Origin: an uncultured Solirubrobacteraceae bacterium
Lineage (GTDB): Bacteria; Actinomycetota; Thermoleophilia; Solirubrobacterales; Solirubrobacteraceae
Direction of reading: 5' to 3'
DNA: 64,000 nucleotides
Assembly: GCA_964588985.1 (NCBI GenBank)
Contig: CAZPQW010000007.1
Coordinates: 1-64,000 of the forward strand
The notes under the pieces were generated by a model. It made no database searches, had not been told where the DNA came from, and saw only the letters and a program-made list of their open reading frames with translations. Of this stretch, positions 24,924 to 35,060 are shown piece by piece (within the stretch, counting starts at the first letter, position 1; each line of letters begins with the position of its first letter). The translations under genes and the position numbers were made by a program.

Positions 24924-26486
24924 GTGGCCGTCTCAGCCGGGCGGCCCACCAGTGAGCCGGTGCCCGAGAACCCTCTCGTCGCCGGCCTCGAGCGCATTCC
25001 GGTCGCGCCCACCTCGCTCGTCATCTTCGGCGCCACCGGCGACCTCGCCAGGCGCAAACTGCTGCCCGCGCTCTACAACCTCGCCCACGAGGGCGCCCTG
25101 CCCGGCCGCTTTCACCTCATTGGGGTCTCGCGCAAAGAAAAAGAGCACGAGGACTACCGCGAGGAGTGCGAGCAGGCGATCCGCCGTTTCTCCCGGCGCA
25201 CGCCCGACGACGCCGTCCTGGAGAGCCTGCTCGAAAACGTCTGCTACGTCCCCGGCACGTTCGACGACCCGTCCGTCTACAGCGAGCTCGGCAAGATGCT
25301 CGACAAATGCGAGAAGCAGGCCGGCGAGCCGCTCAACCGCGCCTTCTACCTCTCCACCGCGCCCACGTTCTTCCCCGTGATCGTCGAGCAGCTCGGCAAG
25401 TCGAAGCTCGCGCACCACGAGCACGGCGAGGTCCGCCTGATCATCGAGAAGCCGTTCGGCACCACGCTCGAAGAGGCGCGCGAGCTCAACCGCGAGGTGC
25501 TCGCCACCTTCGACGAGACCCAGGTGTTCCGCATCGACCACTACCTAGGCAAGGAGACCGTCCAGAACATGATGGCGTTCCGGTTCGCCAACGGCATGTT
25601 CGAGCCGCTGTGGAACCGCAATTACATCGACTCCGTCCAGATCACCGCCGCCGAGGATCTCGGCATCGGCTCCCGCGCCGACTACTACGACAGCGCCGGC
25701 GCGCTGCGCGACCTGATCCAGAACCACATGCTGCAGCTGCTCTGCCACGTCGCGATGGAGCCGCCCGTGAGCTTCACCGCCGAAGAGGTCCGCAACGAGA
25801 AGGTCAAGGTGCTGCAGTCGATACCCGAGCCCACCGCCGCCGAGATACCCGACATGTCGCTGCGCGCGCAATACTCCGCCGGACACGCCGGCGGTGACGA
25901 CGTCCCCGGCTACCTCGAAGAGGAGGGCGTGCCCGAGGGCTCTGTCACCGAGACCTACGCCGCGCTGCGCCTCGAAGTCGACAACTGGCGCTGGGCGGGC
26001 GTGCCTTTCTACCTGCGCACCGGCAAGCGCCTCGCGCGCAAGATCACCGAGATCGCCGTCACGCTCAAGCCCGTCCCGCACCTCGCCTTCAGCCAGGACG
26101 GCTCGCTCGGCGTGCAGCCCAACCAGCTCGTTCTCACCCTCCAGCCCAACGAGGGCGTATCGCTCAGCCTCGGCGCGAAGATCCCCGGCACGCGCATGAT
26201 CATCCGCCCCGTGCAGATGGAGTTCCAGTACGGCACCGCGTTCCTCTCGCAATCCCCGGAGGCCTACGAGCGGCTGATCACCGACGCGATGCGCGGCGAC
26301 GCGACGCTCTTCACGCGTAACGACGAGGTCGAGGCGCAGTGGCGCATCTGCGACCCGATCGTCAAAGCGTGGGAGCCCGCCGACGGCCAGTCGCTCGTCT
26401 CCGTCGCCAGCTACGTCGCCGGCTCGCAGGGCCCCAAGGAGGCCGACGACCTGCTGCGCGAGGGCGACCGCTGGCGCGCGATCTGA
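24924..26486 (+). CDS. zwf: Glucose-6-phosphate 1-dehydrogenase
   Basis: IFGATGDLARRKL, IEKPFG, RIDHYLGKE, RWAGVPFYLRTGK. Confidence 0.96.
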   Translation: MAVSAGRPTSEPVPENPLVAGLERIPVAPTSLVIFGATGDLARRKLLPALYNLAHEGALPGRFHLIGVSRKEKEHEDYREECEQAIRRFSRRTPDDAVLESLLENVCYVPGTFDDPSVYSELGKMLDKCEKQAGEPLNRAFYLSTAPTFFPVIVEQLGKSKLAHHEHGEVRLIIEKPFGTTLEEARELNREVLATFDETQVFRIDHYLGKETVQNMMAFRFANGMFEPLWNRNYIDSVQITAAEDLGIGSRADYYDSAGALRDLIQNHMLQLLCHVAMEPPVSFTAEEVRNEKVKVLQSIPEPTAAEIPDMSLRAQYSAGHAGGDDVPGYLEEEGVPEGSVTETYAALRLEVDNWRWAGVPFYLRTGKRLARKITEIAVTLKPVPHLAFSQDGSLGVQPNQLVLTLQPNEGVSLSLGAKIPGTRMIIRPVQMEFQYGTAFLSQSPEAYERLITDAMRGDATLFTRNDEVEAQWRICDPIVKAWEPADGQSLVSVASYVAGSQGPKEADDLLREGDRWRAI

Positions 26487-27562
26487 TGAGCGGCGGAGCG
26501 CGCAGCGACGCGGTCTGGAGCGAGCAGGGCACCACGCCCGACGCGATCGAAGCGGCGCTGCGCAAGCTGCTCCACGACATCCACGCCGAAAACGGCGACT
26601 ACGTCCCCGCACGCGTGCTCAACATGATCGCGTTCGTCGACCGCGAGTGGAGCGGCGAGATCGCCAACCGCCTGCGGGGAGTCGGCCGCTACCACGCGTC
26701 GCGCACCGTCGTGCTCGCCTATGAGCCCGGCCGCGAGCGACTCGACGCGCGCGTCATGATCGCCTCCGACGACGAGCCCAAGCCGGGCGAGCTCGCGCTG
26801 CTGCACGAGACCGTCGTCGTCGAACTCGGCGACCGTCACCTCGACGACCTGCTCACCATCGCCGACCCGCTCGTCGTCACCGACCTGCCCACGCTGCTGT
26901 GGTCGCCCCACGGCCACCACGACATCGTCACCGAGCTGCTCGCGCTCTCACAGGCCGTGCTGGTCGACTCCGTCGATGAGCCGAGCAGCCGCGACGCGCT
27001 CGACCGCGCGTGCACGCTCAGTGGCCAGGCCTACGTCGTCGACCTCGCGTGGCTGCGCACCACCCCCTGGCGCGAGCGCGTCGCCGCGAGCTTCGACCCG
27101 CCGCCCCGCCGCGCCGAACTCGCCGAGATCAGCGGCGTCACCGTCCGCCACCACCCCGAGTCCACAGCCGCCGCGATGCTCCTCGCGGGATGGCTCTCAT
27201 CGCGCCTCGGTTGGAGGCCTGAGCCGCTCAAGGCCGATGGCGACGCGCTCGTCGGCACCGCCGAGGCGCACGAACGGGACGTGAAGCTGCGCCTCGAGGC
27301 CGCACCGGAGCTACAGGTGCGCGGGCTCGAGGACGTCACGCTCGAGACCTCCACCGGACGCAGCCTGCTGCTCGGCCGCGGACCCGGCGGCCTGCACGCG
27401 CGCTCACGCGACGCTCAAGGGCGGGAGCGCGAGTGGACGATCGCCGGAGCCTCGCGCGGCGAGCAGGGCGTGCTCGGCGAGGGCATCCGCCAGGCGCTGC
27501 TGCGCGACCCCACCTACGTGCCCGCGCTCACCGCCGCCAGGGCCATGCTCACACCGGCGTGA
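26486..27562 (+). CDS. opcA: Glucose-6-phosphate dehydrogenase assembly protein OpcA
   Basis: ARVLN, DLPTLLW, DLAWLRTTPWRE, LLAGWLSSRLGW; TGATG coupling to zwf. Confidence 0.88.
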   Translation: MSGGARSDAVWSEQGTTPDAIEAALRKLLHDIHAENGDYVPARVLNMIAFVDREWSGEIANRLRGVGRYHASRTVVLAYEPGRERLDARVMIASDDEPKPGELALLHETVVVELGDRHLDDLLTIADPLVVTDLPTLLWSPHGHHDIVTELLALSQAVLVDSVDEPSSRDALDRACTLSGQAYVVDLAWLRTTPWRERVAASFDPPPRRAELAEISGVTVRHHPESTAAAMLLAGWLSSRLGWRPEPLKADGDALVGTAEAHERDVKLRLEAAPELQVRGLEDVTLETSTGRSLLLGRGPGGLHARSRDAQGREREWTIAGASRGEQGVLGEGIRQALLRDPTYVPALTAARAMLTPA

Positions 27563-28296
27563 CGCGACTCACCACCTGCCTCGACGCCGAGACCGTCGCC
27601 GCACGCGCCGCCGCGCACGTCACGCGCGAACTCGCACGCGCACGCGCGCAGCGAGGGGTCGCGCACCTCGCGCTCAGCGGCGGCACCACGCCGGGGCGCA
27701 CCTTCGAGCTGCTCGCCGCCGAGCCATCGATGGAGTGGGACGGCGTGGAGATCTGGTTCGCCGACGAGCGCTGCGTCGCACCCGACGACGAGGAGAGCAA
27801 CTACCGCCTCGCCGTCGAAACGCTCATCGGCCCCGCCGGCATACCGCCCGAGCGAGTGCACCGCATGGAGGGCGAGCGCGGACCGCACGACGGCGCGAGG
27901 CGCTACGCCCAAGCGCTCGCGGAGCGGCTTCCCGCAGACCCCGCCTCCTCCGCGCCGCCGGCACTCGATGTCGTGGTGCTCGGCATCGGTCCCGACGGTC
28001 ACGTCGCGTCGCTGTTTCCCGGGGCGGGCACGCTCGATGCCGGCGATGAGGCGATCTGCCTCGGCGTCGAGGACTCCCCCAAGCCGCCGCCCGAGCGGAT
28101 CACGCTCAGCCTCGCGATGCTGCGCGCCGCGCGCGGCTGCCTGCTGCTGGCCACGGGCGCGAGCAAGGCAGACGCGGTCAACGCGATGCTCGGCGAGCCC
28201 ACCCGCCACGTGCCCGCGAGCCTCCTCAGGCGCCCACGACTCACCGTGATCGTGGACGACGCCGCAGCGCCCGACGGCCCACAGCCGCAGCCGTGA
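27559..28296 (+). CDS. pgl: 6-phosphogluconolactonase
   Basis: ALSGGTTP, ADERCV...SNY, LGIGPDGHVASLFP, PKPPPERITLSL. Confidence 0.95.
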   Translation: MTRLTTCLDAETVAARAAAHVTRELARARAQRGVAHLALSGGTTPGRTFELLAAEPSMEWDGVEIWFADERCVAPDDEESNYRLAVETLIGPAGIPPERVHRMEGERGPHDGARRYAQALAERLPADPASSAPPALDVVVLGIGPDGHVASLFPGAGTLDAGDEAICLGVEDSPKPPPERITLSLAMLRAARGCLLLATGASKADAVNAMLGEPTRHVPASLLRRPRLTVIVDDAAAPDGPQPQP

Positions 28297-28889
28297 CCGC
28301 AGCGGCCAGTGCAGGCGACGGCACGCTCCAGCTCGTGCTCGTGCGCCACGCCGAGACGGAGTGGAGCCGCGACGGACGCCACACCGGGCGCACCGACATC
28401 CCGCTCACCGACGCCGGCCGCGCCGCCGCGGCGAGCCTGCCCGAGCGCCTGCGCGCGTGGAGCTTCGCGAGGGTGCTCGTCAGCCCGTCCACCCGCGCGC
28501 GCGAAACCTGTGACCTCGCTGGGTTCGGCGCGCAGGCGGAGATGCGCGAGAGCCTGCTCGAGTGGGACTACGGCGACTACGAGGGACTCACCACGCCTGA
28601 GATCCGCACCGCCCGCCCGGACTGGTATCAGTGGCGCGACGGCTGCCCCGGCGGCGAGGACGCGGCCGCCGTCGGCGCGCGAGCCGATGCGGTGCTCGCG
28701 GAGCTGAGCGGGACGCAGGGGACCGTCGCGATCTTCTCTCACGGCCACATGCTGCGCGTGCTCGGCGCGCGCTGGATCGGGCTCGGGCCCGAGCAGGGTG
28801 GCCGCCTGGGGTTGTCAACAGGCGCGATCTGCGTCCTCGGATACGAGCGACAAACGTCAATCCTGTCTGGCTGGAACCTTCTACAGTGA
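28293..28889 (+). CDS. Histidine phosphatase family protein
   Basis: LVRHAETEWS...HTGRTDIPLT, EWDYGDYEG, FSHGH. Confidence 0.92.
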   Translation: MTAAASAGDGTLQLVLVRHAETEWSRDGRHTGRTDIPLTDAGRAAAASLPERLRAWSFARVLVSPSTRARETCDLAGFGAQAEMRESLLEWDYGDYEGLTTPEIRTARPDWYQWRDGCPGGEDAAAVGARADAVLAELSGTQGTVAIFSHGHMLRVLGARWIGLGPEQGGRLGLSTGAICVLGYERQTSILSGWNLLQ

Positions 28890-28906
28890 GGCAGCACAGC
28901 CAGCCC

Positions 28907-30037
28907 ATGGCAGTCCGCGCGGAAAAGACCAGCCCTCTCTCCCCCGACGCCGAGCAGGTGCTCGTGGCGATGGATGCGGCACGCGAGCGTACCCTCGCAC
29001 TCGTCGCCGCGCTCAGCGACGAGGAGCTCGAGCGCGTGCACTCGCCGATCATGAGCCCGCTCGTGTGGGACCTCGGCCACATCGCCGCCTACGAGGACCT
29101 GTGGATCGCCCACCGTCACGGTGGCCTCGAGCTGCTGCGCCCGGATCTCGCGAGCCTGTATGACGCGTTCGAGACGCCGCGCGCGATCCGCGGCGAGATC
29201 GAGGCGCTCGGCCCCGAGCAGGCGCGCGAGTACATGGCCGCCGTGCGCGAGCGCACCGTCGAGACGCTCGCCCACCGCGGCGTTGGCGACGGCGTGCTCT
29301 GCGAGATGGTCCTGCGCCACGAGCTCCAGCACTCCGAGACGATGCGCCAGACGATGGCGATCGCGGGGCTGCTGCCGGCCGGGGAGCCGCCGCGGTTCGC
29401 GCCTGACGCACCAGATGGATGGATAGAGGTTCCCGCCGGCACGTTCGAGATGGGCGCCGACGGGGAAGGGTTCGCGTATGACAACGAGCGACCCCGCCAC
29501 ACCGTCGAGCTGCCCGCCTACCGAATCGCGCGGCGGCCCGTGAGCAACGCCAGCTGGATGCGCTTCAGCGAGGGGGGCGGCTACGAACGGCGCGAGTGGT
29601 GGTCGGACGAGGGCTGGGCGTGGAAGGAGGAGCACGACATCACCCATCATCCGAGCATGACGGCGGGCCATCCGGAGGCGCCCGCATGTCACGTCTCGTG
29701 GTTCGAGGCCGACGCCTTCGCCCGCGCGCACGATGCGCGACTGCCCACCGAGGCCGAGTGGGAGAGGGCGGCGACCTGGACCCACGAGGGACCTGACGCG
29801 CTGGCGACCGTCGGAGCCGTCTGGGAGTGGACGGGATCGCACTTCCACGGCTACCCGGGCTTCGAGCCCTACCCGTATCGCGAGTATTCGCAGGTGTTCT
29901 TCGGCGAGCGCTACCGCGTGCTGCGCGGCGGCTCGTGGGCTACCCACCCACGCGTCGCGAGCCGAACTTTTCGCAACTGGGACCTGCCACAGCGACGCCA
30001 GATCTTCTCCGGCGTTCGCCTTGCAAAGGAGGCCTGA
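28907..30037 (+). CDS. egtB: Ergothioneine sulfoxide synthase EgtB (DinB_2 + FGE-sulfatase)
   Basis: SPIMSPLVWDLGHIA, iron motif HELQHSE, DNERPRH, RLPTEAEWE, FRNWDLPQRRQIFSG. Confidence 0.88.
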   Translation: MAVRAEKTSPLSPDAEQVLVAMDAARERTLALVAALSDEELERVHSPIMSPLVWDLGHIAAYEDLWIAHRHGGLELLRPDLASLYDAFETPRAIRGEIEALGPEQAREYMAAVRERTVETLAHRGVGDGVLCEMVLRHELQHSETMRQTMAIAGLLPAGEPPRFAPDAPDGWIEVPAGTFEMGADGEGFAYDNERPRHTVELPAYRIARRPVSNASWMRFSEGGGYERREWWSDEGWAWKEEHDITHHPSMTAGHPEAPACHVSWFEADAFARAHDARLPTEAEWERAATWTHEGPDALATVGAVWEWTGSHFHGYPGFEPYPYREYSQVFFGERYRVLRGGSWATHPRVASRTFRNWDLPQRRQIFSGVRLAKEA

Positions 30038-31041
30038 TGGAGCCATCCGCATCACAGCAGTGCGCCGAGGCGCCCGCGATCCGCATCGACTCGCATCTCG
30101 ACGGCGCCTCGGAACGCTCACTGGCCGACGACGTGCTCGACGGCCTCACGCGGCCGTTCAAGGAGCTGCCGCCCAAGCACTTCTACGACGCGCGCGGGGC
30201 GGAGCTTTTCGACCGGATCTGCGAGCTGCCCGAGTACTACCCCACGCGCGCCGAGCGCGCGATCCTCGAGCAGAGCTCAGATGCGATCGCCGAGCTCACC
30301 GGGGCGGTCGAGCTGGTGGAGCTCGGCTCCGGAACCGCGGCCAAGACGCGCGTGCTGCTCGACGCCCTGCACAGCGCCGGCACGCTCGAGCGATACGTGC
30401 CCGTCGACGTCACCGAGTCCATGGTGCGCGACTGCGCCGAGGAGCTCACCGACGAGTACCCGGGGCTGCGCGTGCACGGCGTGATCGGCGACTTCGAGCG
30501 CCACCTGCAGCACGTCCCGCCGCGGATCGGACCCCGGATCGTGGCGTTCCTCGGCGGCACCATCGGCAACTTCCCCCCCGGCAGCCGTCGGCGGGTGCTG
30601 CGCGAGATAGCCCGTCTGCTCGGACCCGGCGACCATCTGCTGATGGGCACCGACCTCGTCAAGGATCCCCACGTGCTCGAGGCCGCCTACGACGACTCCC
30701 AGGGCGTCACCGCGGAGTTCAACCGCAACGTCCTGCGCGTGGTAAATCGCGAGCTGCGAGCGGACTTCGACCCGGAGGACTTCGACCACGTCGCGCTGTT
30801 CGACCGCGAGAACGAGTGGATCGAGATGCGCCTGCGCGCACGGCGCGAGCACACCACCGTCGTGCAGGAGCTCGACCTGTCGGTGCACTTCGACGCCGGC
30901 GAGGAGCTGCGCACCGAGATCAGCGCCAAGTTCACGCCCGCGCGCCTCGAAGGAGATCTCGACGCGGCGGGTCTCGAGCTCGTGCGCTGGCTCACCGATC
31001 CGGAGGAGCAGTTCGCGCTGACGTTGTCGCGCATCAGCTAA
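30037..31041 (+). CDS. egtD: L-histidine N-alpha-trimethyltransferase EgtD
   Basis: KELPPKHFYDARG..LF..ICELPEYYPTRAE, ELGSG, FLGGTIGN, AYDDSQGVTAEFN, TEISAKF. Confidence 0.95.
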   Translation: MEPSASQQCAEAPAIRIDSHLDGASERSLADDVLDGLTRPFKELPPKHFYDARGAELFDRICELPEYYPTRAERAILEQSSDAIAELTGAVELVELGSGTAAKTRVLLDALHSAGTLERYVPVDVTESMVRDCAEELTDEYPGLRVHGVIGDFERHLQHVPPRIGPRIVAFLGGTIGNFPPGSRRRVLREIARLLGPGDHLLMGTDLVKDPHVLEAAYDDSQGVTAEFNRNVLRVVNRELRADFDPEDFDHVALFDRENEWIEMRLRARREHTTVVQELDLSVHFDAGEELRTEISAKFTPARLEGDLDAAGLELVRWLTDPEEQFALTLSRIS

Positions 31042-31077
31042 CGCTATACAGCGCCATACCTCGCTATACTTGTATGG
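31042..31077 (+). promoter_or_regulatory. TA promoter/operator: three phased CGC(T/C)ATAC repeats, an inverted half-site and TATACT -10
   Basis: CGCTATAC 31042, CGCCATAC 31052, CGCTATAC 31062 (10-bp spacing); GTATGG 31072-31077 is the inverse of CCATAC. Confidence 0.7.
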
Positions 31078-31079
31078 AT

Positions 31080-31505
31080 ATGGCTACGTCTCCAAGCAAG
31101 CGAAGCGTCGCGTTTCGCTTCGACCCGATCACCGTCGCACGCCTGAAGCAACGTGCGCGGGATACCCACGCTCCGCAGACCGCACTGGCTGAGCGCTACA
31201 TCGAAGAGGGCATTCGTCACGACGAACACCCGCTCATCCACTTTCGCGACGGCGAGGCAGGCAGACGGCCTGCCCTTCTGGGCACACGGCTGGACGTCGC
31301 AGAGGTGATGAGCACGATCAGGCAGAACGGCAACTCCGTGGCAGACGCAGCCGACTATCTGGAGACGCCAGTGGAACACGTCGAGGCCTGCTTGAACTAC
31401 TACGCCGACTACAAGGACGAGATCGACGACTGGATCGAGCGATCTAACGCTATTGCCCAGCGCGAGCGCGAGCGTTGGGAGCGCCGCCAGCAGGCGCTTG
31501 CGTGA
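31080..31505 (+). CDS. DUF433-containing antitoxin with an N-terminal RHH-like region
   Basis: SVAFRF...RYIEEG (RHH-like), then HPLIHFRDG..GRRPALLGTRLDV...VEACLNYYADYKDEID; alternative ATG 31074. Confidence 0.85.
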   Translation: MATSPSKRSVAFRFDPITVARLKQRARDTHAPQTALAERYIEEGIRHDEHPLIHFRDGEAGRRPALLGTRLDVAEVMSTIRQNGNSVADAADYLETPVEHVEACLNYYADYKDEIDDWIERSNAIAQRERERWERRQQALA

Positions 31506-31867
31506 GGCTGCTGCTGGACGAGATGATCTCCCCCCGCATCGCTCGCGAGCTGCGAGAGATCGGGCATGACGTCCAGGCTGTCAAGAAGGATCGACCGGAC
31601 CTGGTCGGCCGCAGCGACCGCGAGCTGGTCCGCCTGATGGCAGCCGAGGGTCGCGTCATCGTCACCAACGACATCGCGGCCTTCCAGGCGATCCACGCCC
31701 AGCTGATGGGCGCGGGCGGCGAGCATCACGGGATGGTCTTCACCTTCGACGCGACGATGCCGCGCTCCAAGAGGTCGATCTCTCAATGGGTGACAACGTT
31801 GGGCGAACTGATCGAGAGCTACAACGACGGAGACGCGCTGCGCAACCAGGTCCACCATCTGCCCTGA
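31502..31867 (+). CDS. DUF5615 PIN-like toxin (VapC45-like)
   Basis: MRLLLDEMI...LREIGHDV...SDREL...[11 protein letters not shown]...HHG; GTGA overlap with the antitoxin. Confidence 0.85.
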   Translation: MRLLLDEMISPRIARELREIGHDVQAVKKDRPDLVGRSDRELVRLMAAEGRVIVTNDIAAFQAIHAQLMGAGGEHHGMVFTFDATMPRSKRSISQWVTTLGELIESYNDGDALRNQVHHLP

Positions 31868-31907
31868 GACGAGTGCGCGACACCAGCGATCCACTAGGCT
31901 CCCGCCC

Positions 31908-32669
31908 ATGCAGATCGAGGGCTCGGGAGCGATAGTCGTAGGCGGGGCCTCCGGGCTCGGCGAGGCGACCGTCCGCGCGCTGCACGCCGGTGGCGCGGTG
32001 GTCACGATCGCAGACGTAAACGTCGAGAAAGGCACGGCGCTCGCCACTGAGCTCGGCCTGGAGTTCGTCTCCTGCGACGTGCGCGAGGAGACCCAGGTCC
32101 AGGCGGCCGTCGAGAAGGCCGCCGCAGCGGACGGTGGGCTCCGCATCGCGGTCTGCTGCGCCGGCACGGGCTGGGCCCAGAAGGTCGCCGGGTCGAAGGG
32201 CCCGCACCCGCTGCTCCCGTTCGAGACGATCATCTCGATCAACCTCATCGGCACGTTCAACGTGCTCCGCTTCGCGTCCTTCGCGATGATCCCCAACGAG
32301 CCACTGACGGACGGCGAGCGCGGGGTGTGCGTCAACACCGCCTCGATCGCTGCGTTCGACGGCCAGGTCGGGCAGATCTCCTACTCCGCGTCCAAGGGCG
32401 GTGTCGTGGCGATGACGCTGCCGGCCGCGCGCGACCTCGCCCAATACGGGATCAGGGTCAACACGATCGCGCCCGGCCTGTTCGACACGCCGCTGCTCGC
32501 GGCGCTGCCGGAAGAGGCCCGCCTGAAGCTCGGCGCGGGCGTCCCCTTCCCGCAGCGCCTCGGCCAGCCCGCGGAGTACGCGCAGCTGGCCTGTCAGATC
32601 GTGGAGAACCGCATGCTCAACGGCGAGACGATCCGGCTCGACGGCGCGCTGCGGATGCCGCCGCGCTGA
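31908..32669 (+). CDS. SDR oxidoreductase, 3-hydroxyacyl-CoA dehydrogenase type II
   Basis: [53 protein letters not shown]. Confidence 0.93.
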   Translation: MQIEGSGAIVVGGASGLGEATVRALHAGGAVVTIADVNVEKGTALATELGLEFVSCDVREETQVQAAVEKAAAADGGLRIAVCCAGTGWAQKVAGSKGPHPLLPFETIISINLIGTFNVLRFASFAMIPNEPLTDGERGVCVNTASIAAFDGQVGQISYSASKGGVVAMTLPAARDLAQYGIRVNTIAPGLFDTPLLAALPEEARLKLGAGVPFPQRLGQPAEYAQLACQIVENRMLNGETIRLDGALRMPPR

Positions 32670-32688
32670 CGGACGCCGCGCGCGACGC

Positions 32689-33117
32689 CTACGCGCCGGC
32701 GGGGACCCCGAGACGCTCGAGCACCTCGTCGCGGTCGGTGCCGTGAGCTTCCAGCACGCGTGAGAAGTGCTCGCCGTAGACGTCCATCACAGCCAGCAGC
32801 AGCTCGACCGTGGTGACGCCAGCGCTATCGCGGTCCGCGGCCACATCCATCGCTCGCCTGCTGACCTCCACGATCACGTCGCCGTTCGGAACGCCGACCG
32901 AGCCGCTCGATTGTCCCGCCCCGCTGTCGGGCACCTGCACGAGCGACTCCTCGCTCACGCCGAGCGCCTGCAGGGCGATCCCCACCTCTCCGTGCAGGCG
33001 CAGCACGCGCAGCCACCGTTCGGCCTGCTCCTCAGGCGAGCGGGCGAACGGCATCGCCGTCGATGCGATCGCCAGCACGATTTCCGCGTCGGGGGCCAGT
33101 GCTCGCGTGCCGTTCAT
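32689..33117 (-). CDS. Hypothetical protein with Clp N-terminal-repeat-like helices
   Basis: ATGA overlap with the PP2C stop; AMDVAADR...VTTVELLLAV...RVLEAHGTDRDEV resembles a Clp_N repeat. Confidence 0.65.
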   Translation of the reverse strand: MNGTRALAPDAEIVLAIASTAMPFARSPEEQAERWLRVLRLHGEVGIALQALGVSEESLVQVPDSGAGQSSGSVGVPNGDVIVEVSRRAMDVAADRDSAGVTTVELLLAVMDVYGEHFSRVLEAHGTDRDEVLERLGVPAGA

Positions 33118-35057
33118 CGCGACACCCCCACAGCCGCCTGACGGCTCGCGCGCCGAGCCGGCAGATATGCGAGATTGTCGCGCTGCACCGTTACCTCCGG
33201 CGCACCGTCGCCGAGGCGCAACCGCAGGATCACGCTGCCGGCGCCCCCCGCCGCGTCGCGCGCCTCGCTCACCACGTCCGCGACCTCGTTCGAGTGCACC
33301 CCGCAGGCGAGCAGGAAGTCCTCGGTACGTCCACTCGCAGCCTCCTCGCGGTCGATCTCCAGCTCCTCCACCAGCACACGCGGCGCATCGCTTTCGCCCT
33401 CCACGCTCAGCACGCACGCGGCCATGTCGTCAGGGCGCCTGTCCGCCTGCGCGGCCACCCGGTCGAGCAGATCCGACGCGGTCGCTCCGTGCCCCAGGCC
33501 GGCGAGTGCCTCCACCAGCCGCGCCTCGCCGAACAGCTCGCCGCCGACGCGCGCCTCGGTGACGCCGTCAGTGTGGAAGCACATCCGGGCGCGACCGGGT
33601 AGCGACAGCACCGTCTGACGTGTACCCGTCCTCCTGCCCACGCCGAGCGGCGGCGCCGAGCAAGCCGTGACCGAAGCGAGCGGCGGCGCACCGGCCTGAG
33701 AGCCGAGCACCACCGGCGGCGGATGCCCGGCACACGAGTACACCAGCGTGCGCTCGCTTGGCTGATAGGTGGCGACCACCACGGTCGCGAAGGACTCGCC
33801 CAGCTGGCGCTCGAGCACGTCCCCCGCGGTCTGCACCGCTCCGCGCGGCGAGAGGCCCGCCTCCAGATAGGCGCGCAGCGTGAAACGCACGAGCGCCGTG
33901 TGCGGGAGCGCCTCGCGGCCGTGCCCCGAGACGTCGCCGAGGAGGATCGCGATACGGCCGTCCTCGAGCGCGAACACGTCATAGAAGTCTCCGCCCGCGC
34001 CCGGTCCCGCCGCCGGACGATAGGCCGCCGAGGTCGCCACCGGGCCCACTCGCGCCGGCAGCACGGGCAGAAGCGCTGTCTGCAGCAGACCAACGTCCTC
34101 GAGCAACTGCTCCCGCTGGCGCTCCAGTCGCCTCGTGCGCGCCGCCGCGAGACGCGTGCGCAGTCCCATCGTCGCCGCGAGCGCCAGCAGCAGGCCGATG
34201 AGCACCCGCACGGGCACCGGCACCACCGCCACGATTCTCGTGATCGTGCGCGTCAGCGGGGAGAGGCGCGTGGCCGAGGCGATGTGACGGGGCAGCGCGG
34301 ATGGCTGTGGCGTGTGGACGACGCGTGATGGCGTGACCGCGAGCGCGACCGGCGTGAGGGTGCCCGCCGGGGAGACACGCGGCTTGGTGCCCGCACGCGG
34401 AGCTCGGTTCCTTGGGTGTCGAGCGTGCGCCGGCTGGCGCGCGACACCCGTCACCGCGGGTGGGGCCGAGCTCGCGACCGATGGGGGGCTCGCCACCTGA
34501 GGAGCCACCACTGTCGGTGAGGCCTGTGCGACCGCCGATTGAGTGGGAGCGGTTGTCGTCGCGGTTGCCGCCACTGCGGACCCTGCGGATTTGTGGGCTT
34601 CTCCGCCGGCCTCGGCCCGGTGGTGTCTCGTGCGTGCACCGGCGCGATCGTGCCCATGCCCGCGACCGCTCGGGCTGCGTCGCGCGTCCGGCTGCGTCGC
34701 CGCGGGCTGTTGGCTGGCGCCGGCCTGTTGTTCGCCGGCTTCCCCCTGTTCGCCACCGGCCTGCTGCCCGCCTGCTTCCTGCTGTTCACCGACTTCGCGA
34801 TCGTGGCGTCCCCCCTGGTGCGAATGCTGCCCGCGTGAGCGCCCCTGGCGCCCGTCGGTGCCCTGCGACTCTTGGGCCTGCTGGGGTGGCTGGCTCGTCT
34901 GAGGCGGCTGGCTCGTCTGCGTGGTCTGCGTCTGCGCTGGTTGGCTCGTGCGCGAATGCCCACCGCGGCCGCGATCGGCGCGAGCCCCCGCAAGCGGAGC
35001 GAGCAACAGCGCCGTCGCAAGACAGCCGGCGATCGCCGGACCGACGAGCAGGCGCAC
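33114..35057 (-). CDS. Membrane-bound SpoIIE/PP2C phosphatase with a long low-complexity extracytoplasmic region
   Basis: Signal peptide, Q/H/G/P/T/A-rich tract, TM, then GGDFYD, LGDVSGHG, AGHPPP, TDGVTEAR, DDMA. Confidence 0.88.
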   Translation of the reverse strand: MRLLVGPAIAGCLATALLLAPLAGARADRGRGGHSRTSQPAQTQTTQTSQPPQTSQPPQQAQESQGTDGRQGRSRGQHSHQGGRHDREVGEQQEAGGQQAGGEQGEAGEQQAGASQQPAATQPDARRSPSGRGHGHDRAGARTRHHRAEAGGEAHKSAGSAVAATATTTAPTQSAVAQASPTVVAPQVASPPSVASSAPPAVTGVARQPAHARHPRNRAPRAGTKPRVSPAGTLTPVALAVTPSRVVHTPQPSALPRHIASATRLSPLTRTITRIVAVVPVPVRVLIGLLLALAATMGLRTRLAAARTRRLERQREQLLEDVGLLQTALLPVLPARVGPVATSAAYRPAAGPGAGGDFYDVFALEDGRIAILLGDVSGHGREALPHTALVRFTLRAYLEAGLSPRGAVQTAGDVLERQLGESFATVVVATYQPSERTLVYSCAGHPPPVVLGSQAGAPPLASVTACSAPPLGVGRRTGTRQTVLSLPGRARMCFHTDGVTEARVGGELFGEARLVEALAGLGHGATASDLLDRVAAQADRRPDDMAACVLSVEGESDAPRVLVEELEIDREEAASGRTEDFLLACGVHSNEVADVVSEARDAAGGAGSVILRLRLGDGAPEVTVQRDNLAYLPARRASRQAAVGVSR

Positions 35058-35060
35058 CCG

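Noticed and set aside
28907-30037. EgtB homolog as selenoneine synthase SenA
   Set aside because: No senB or selD/senC nearby, and it is coupled to egtD.
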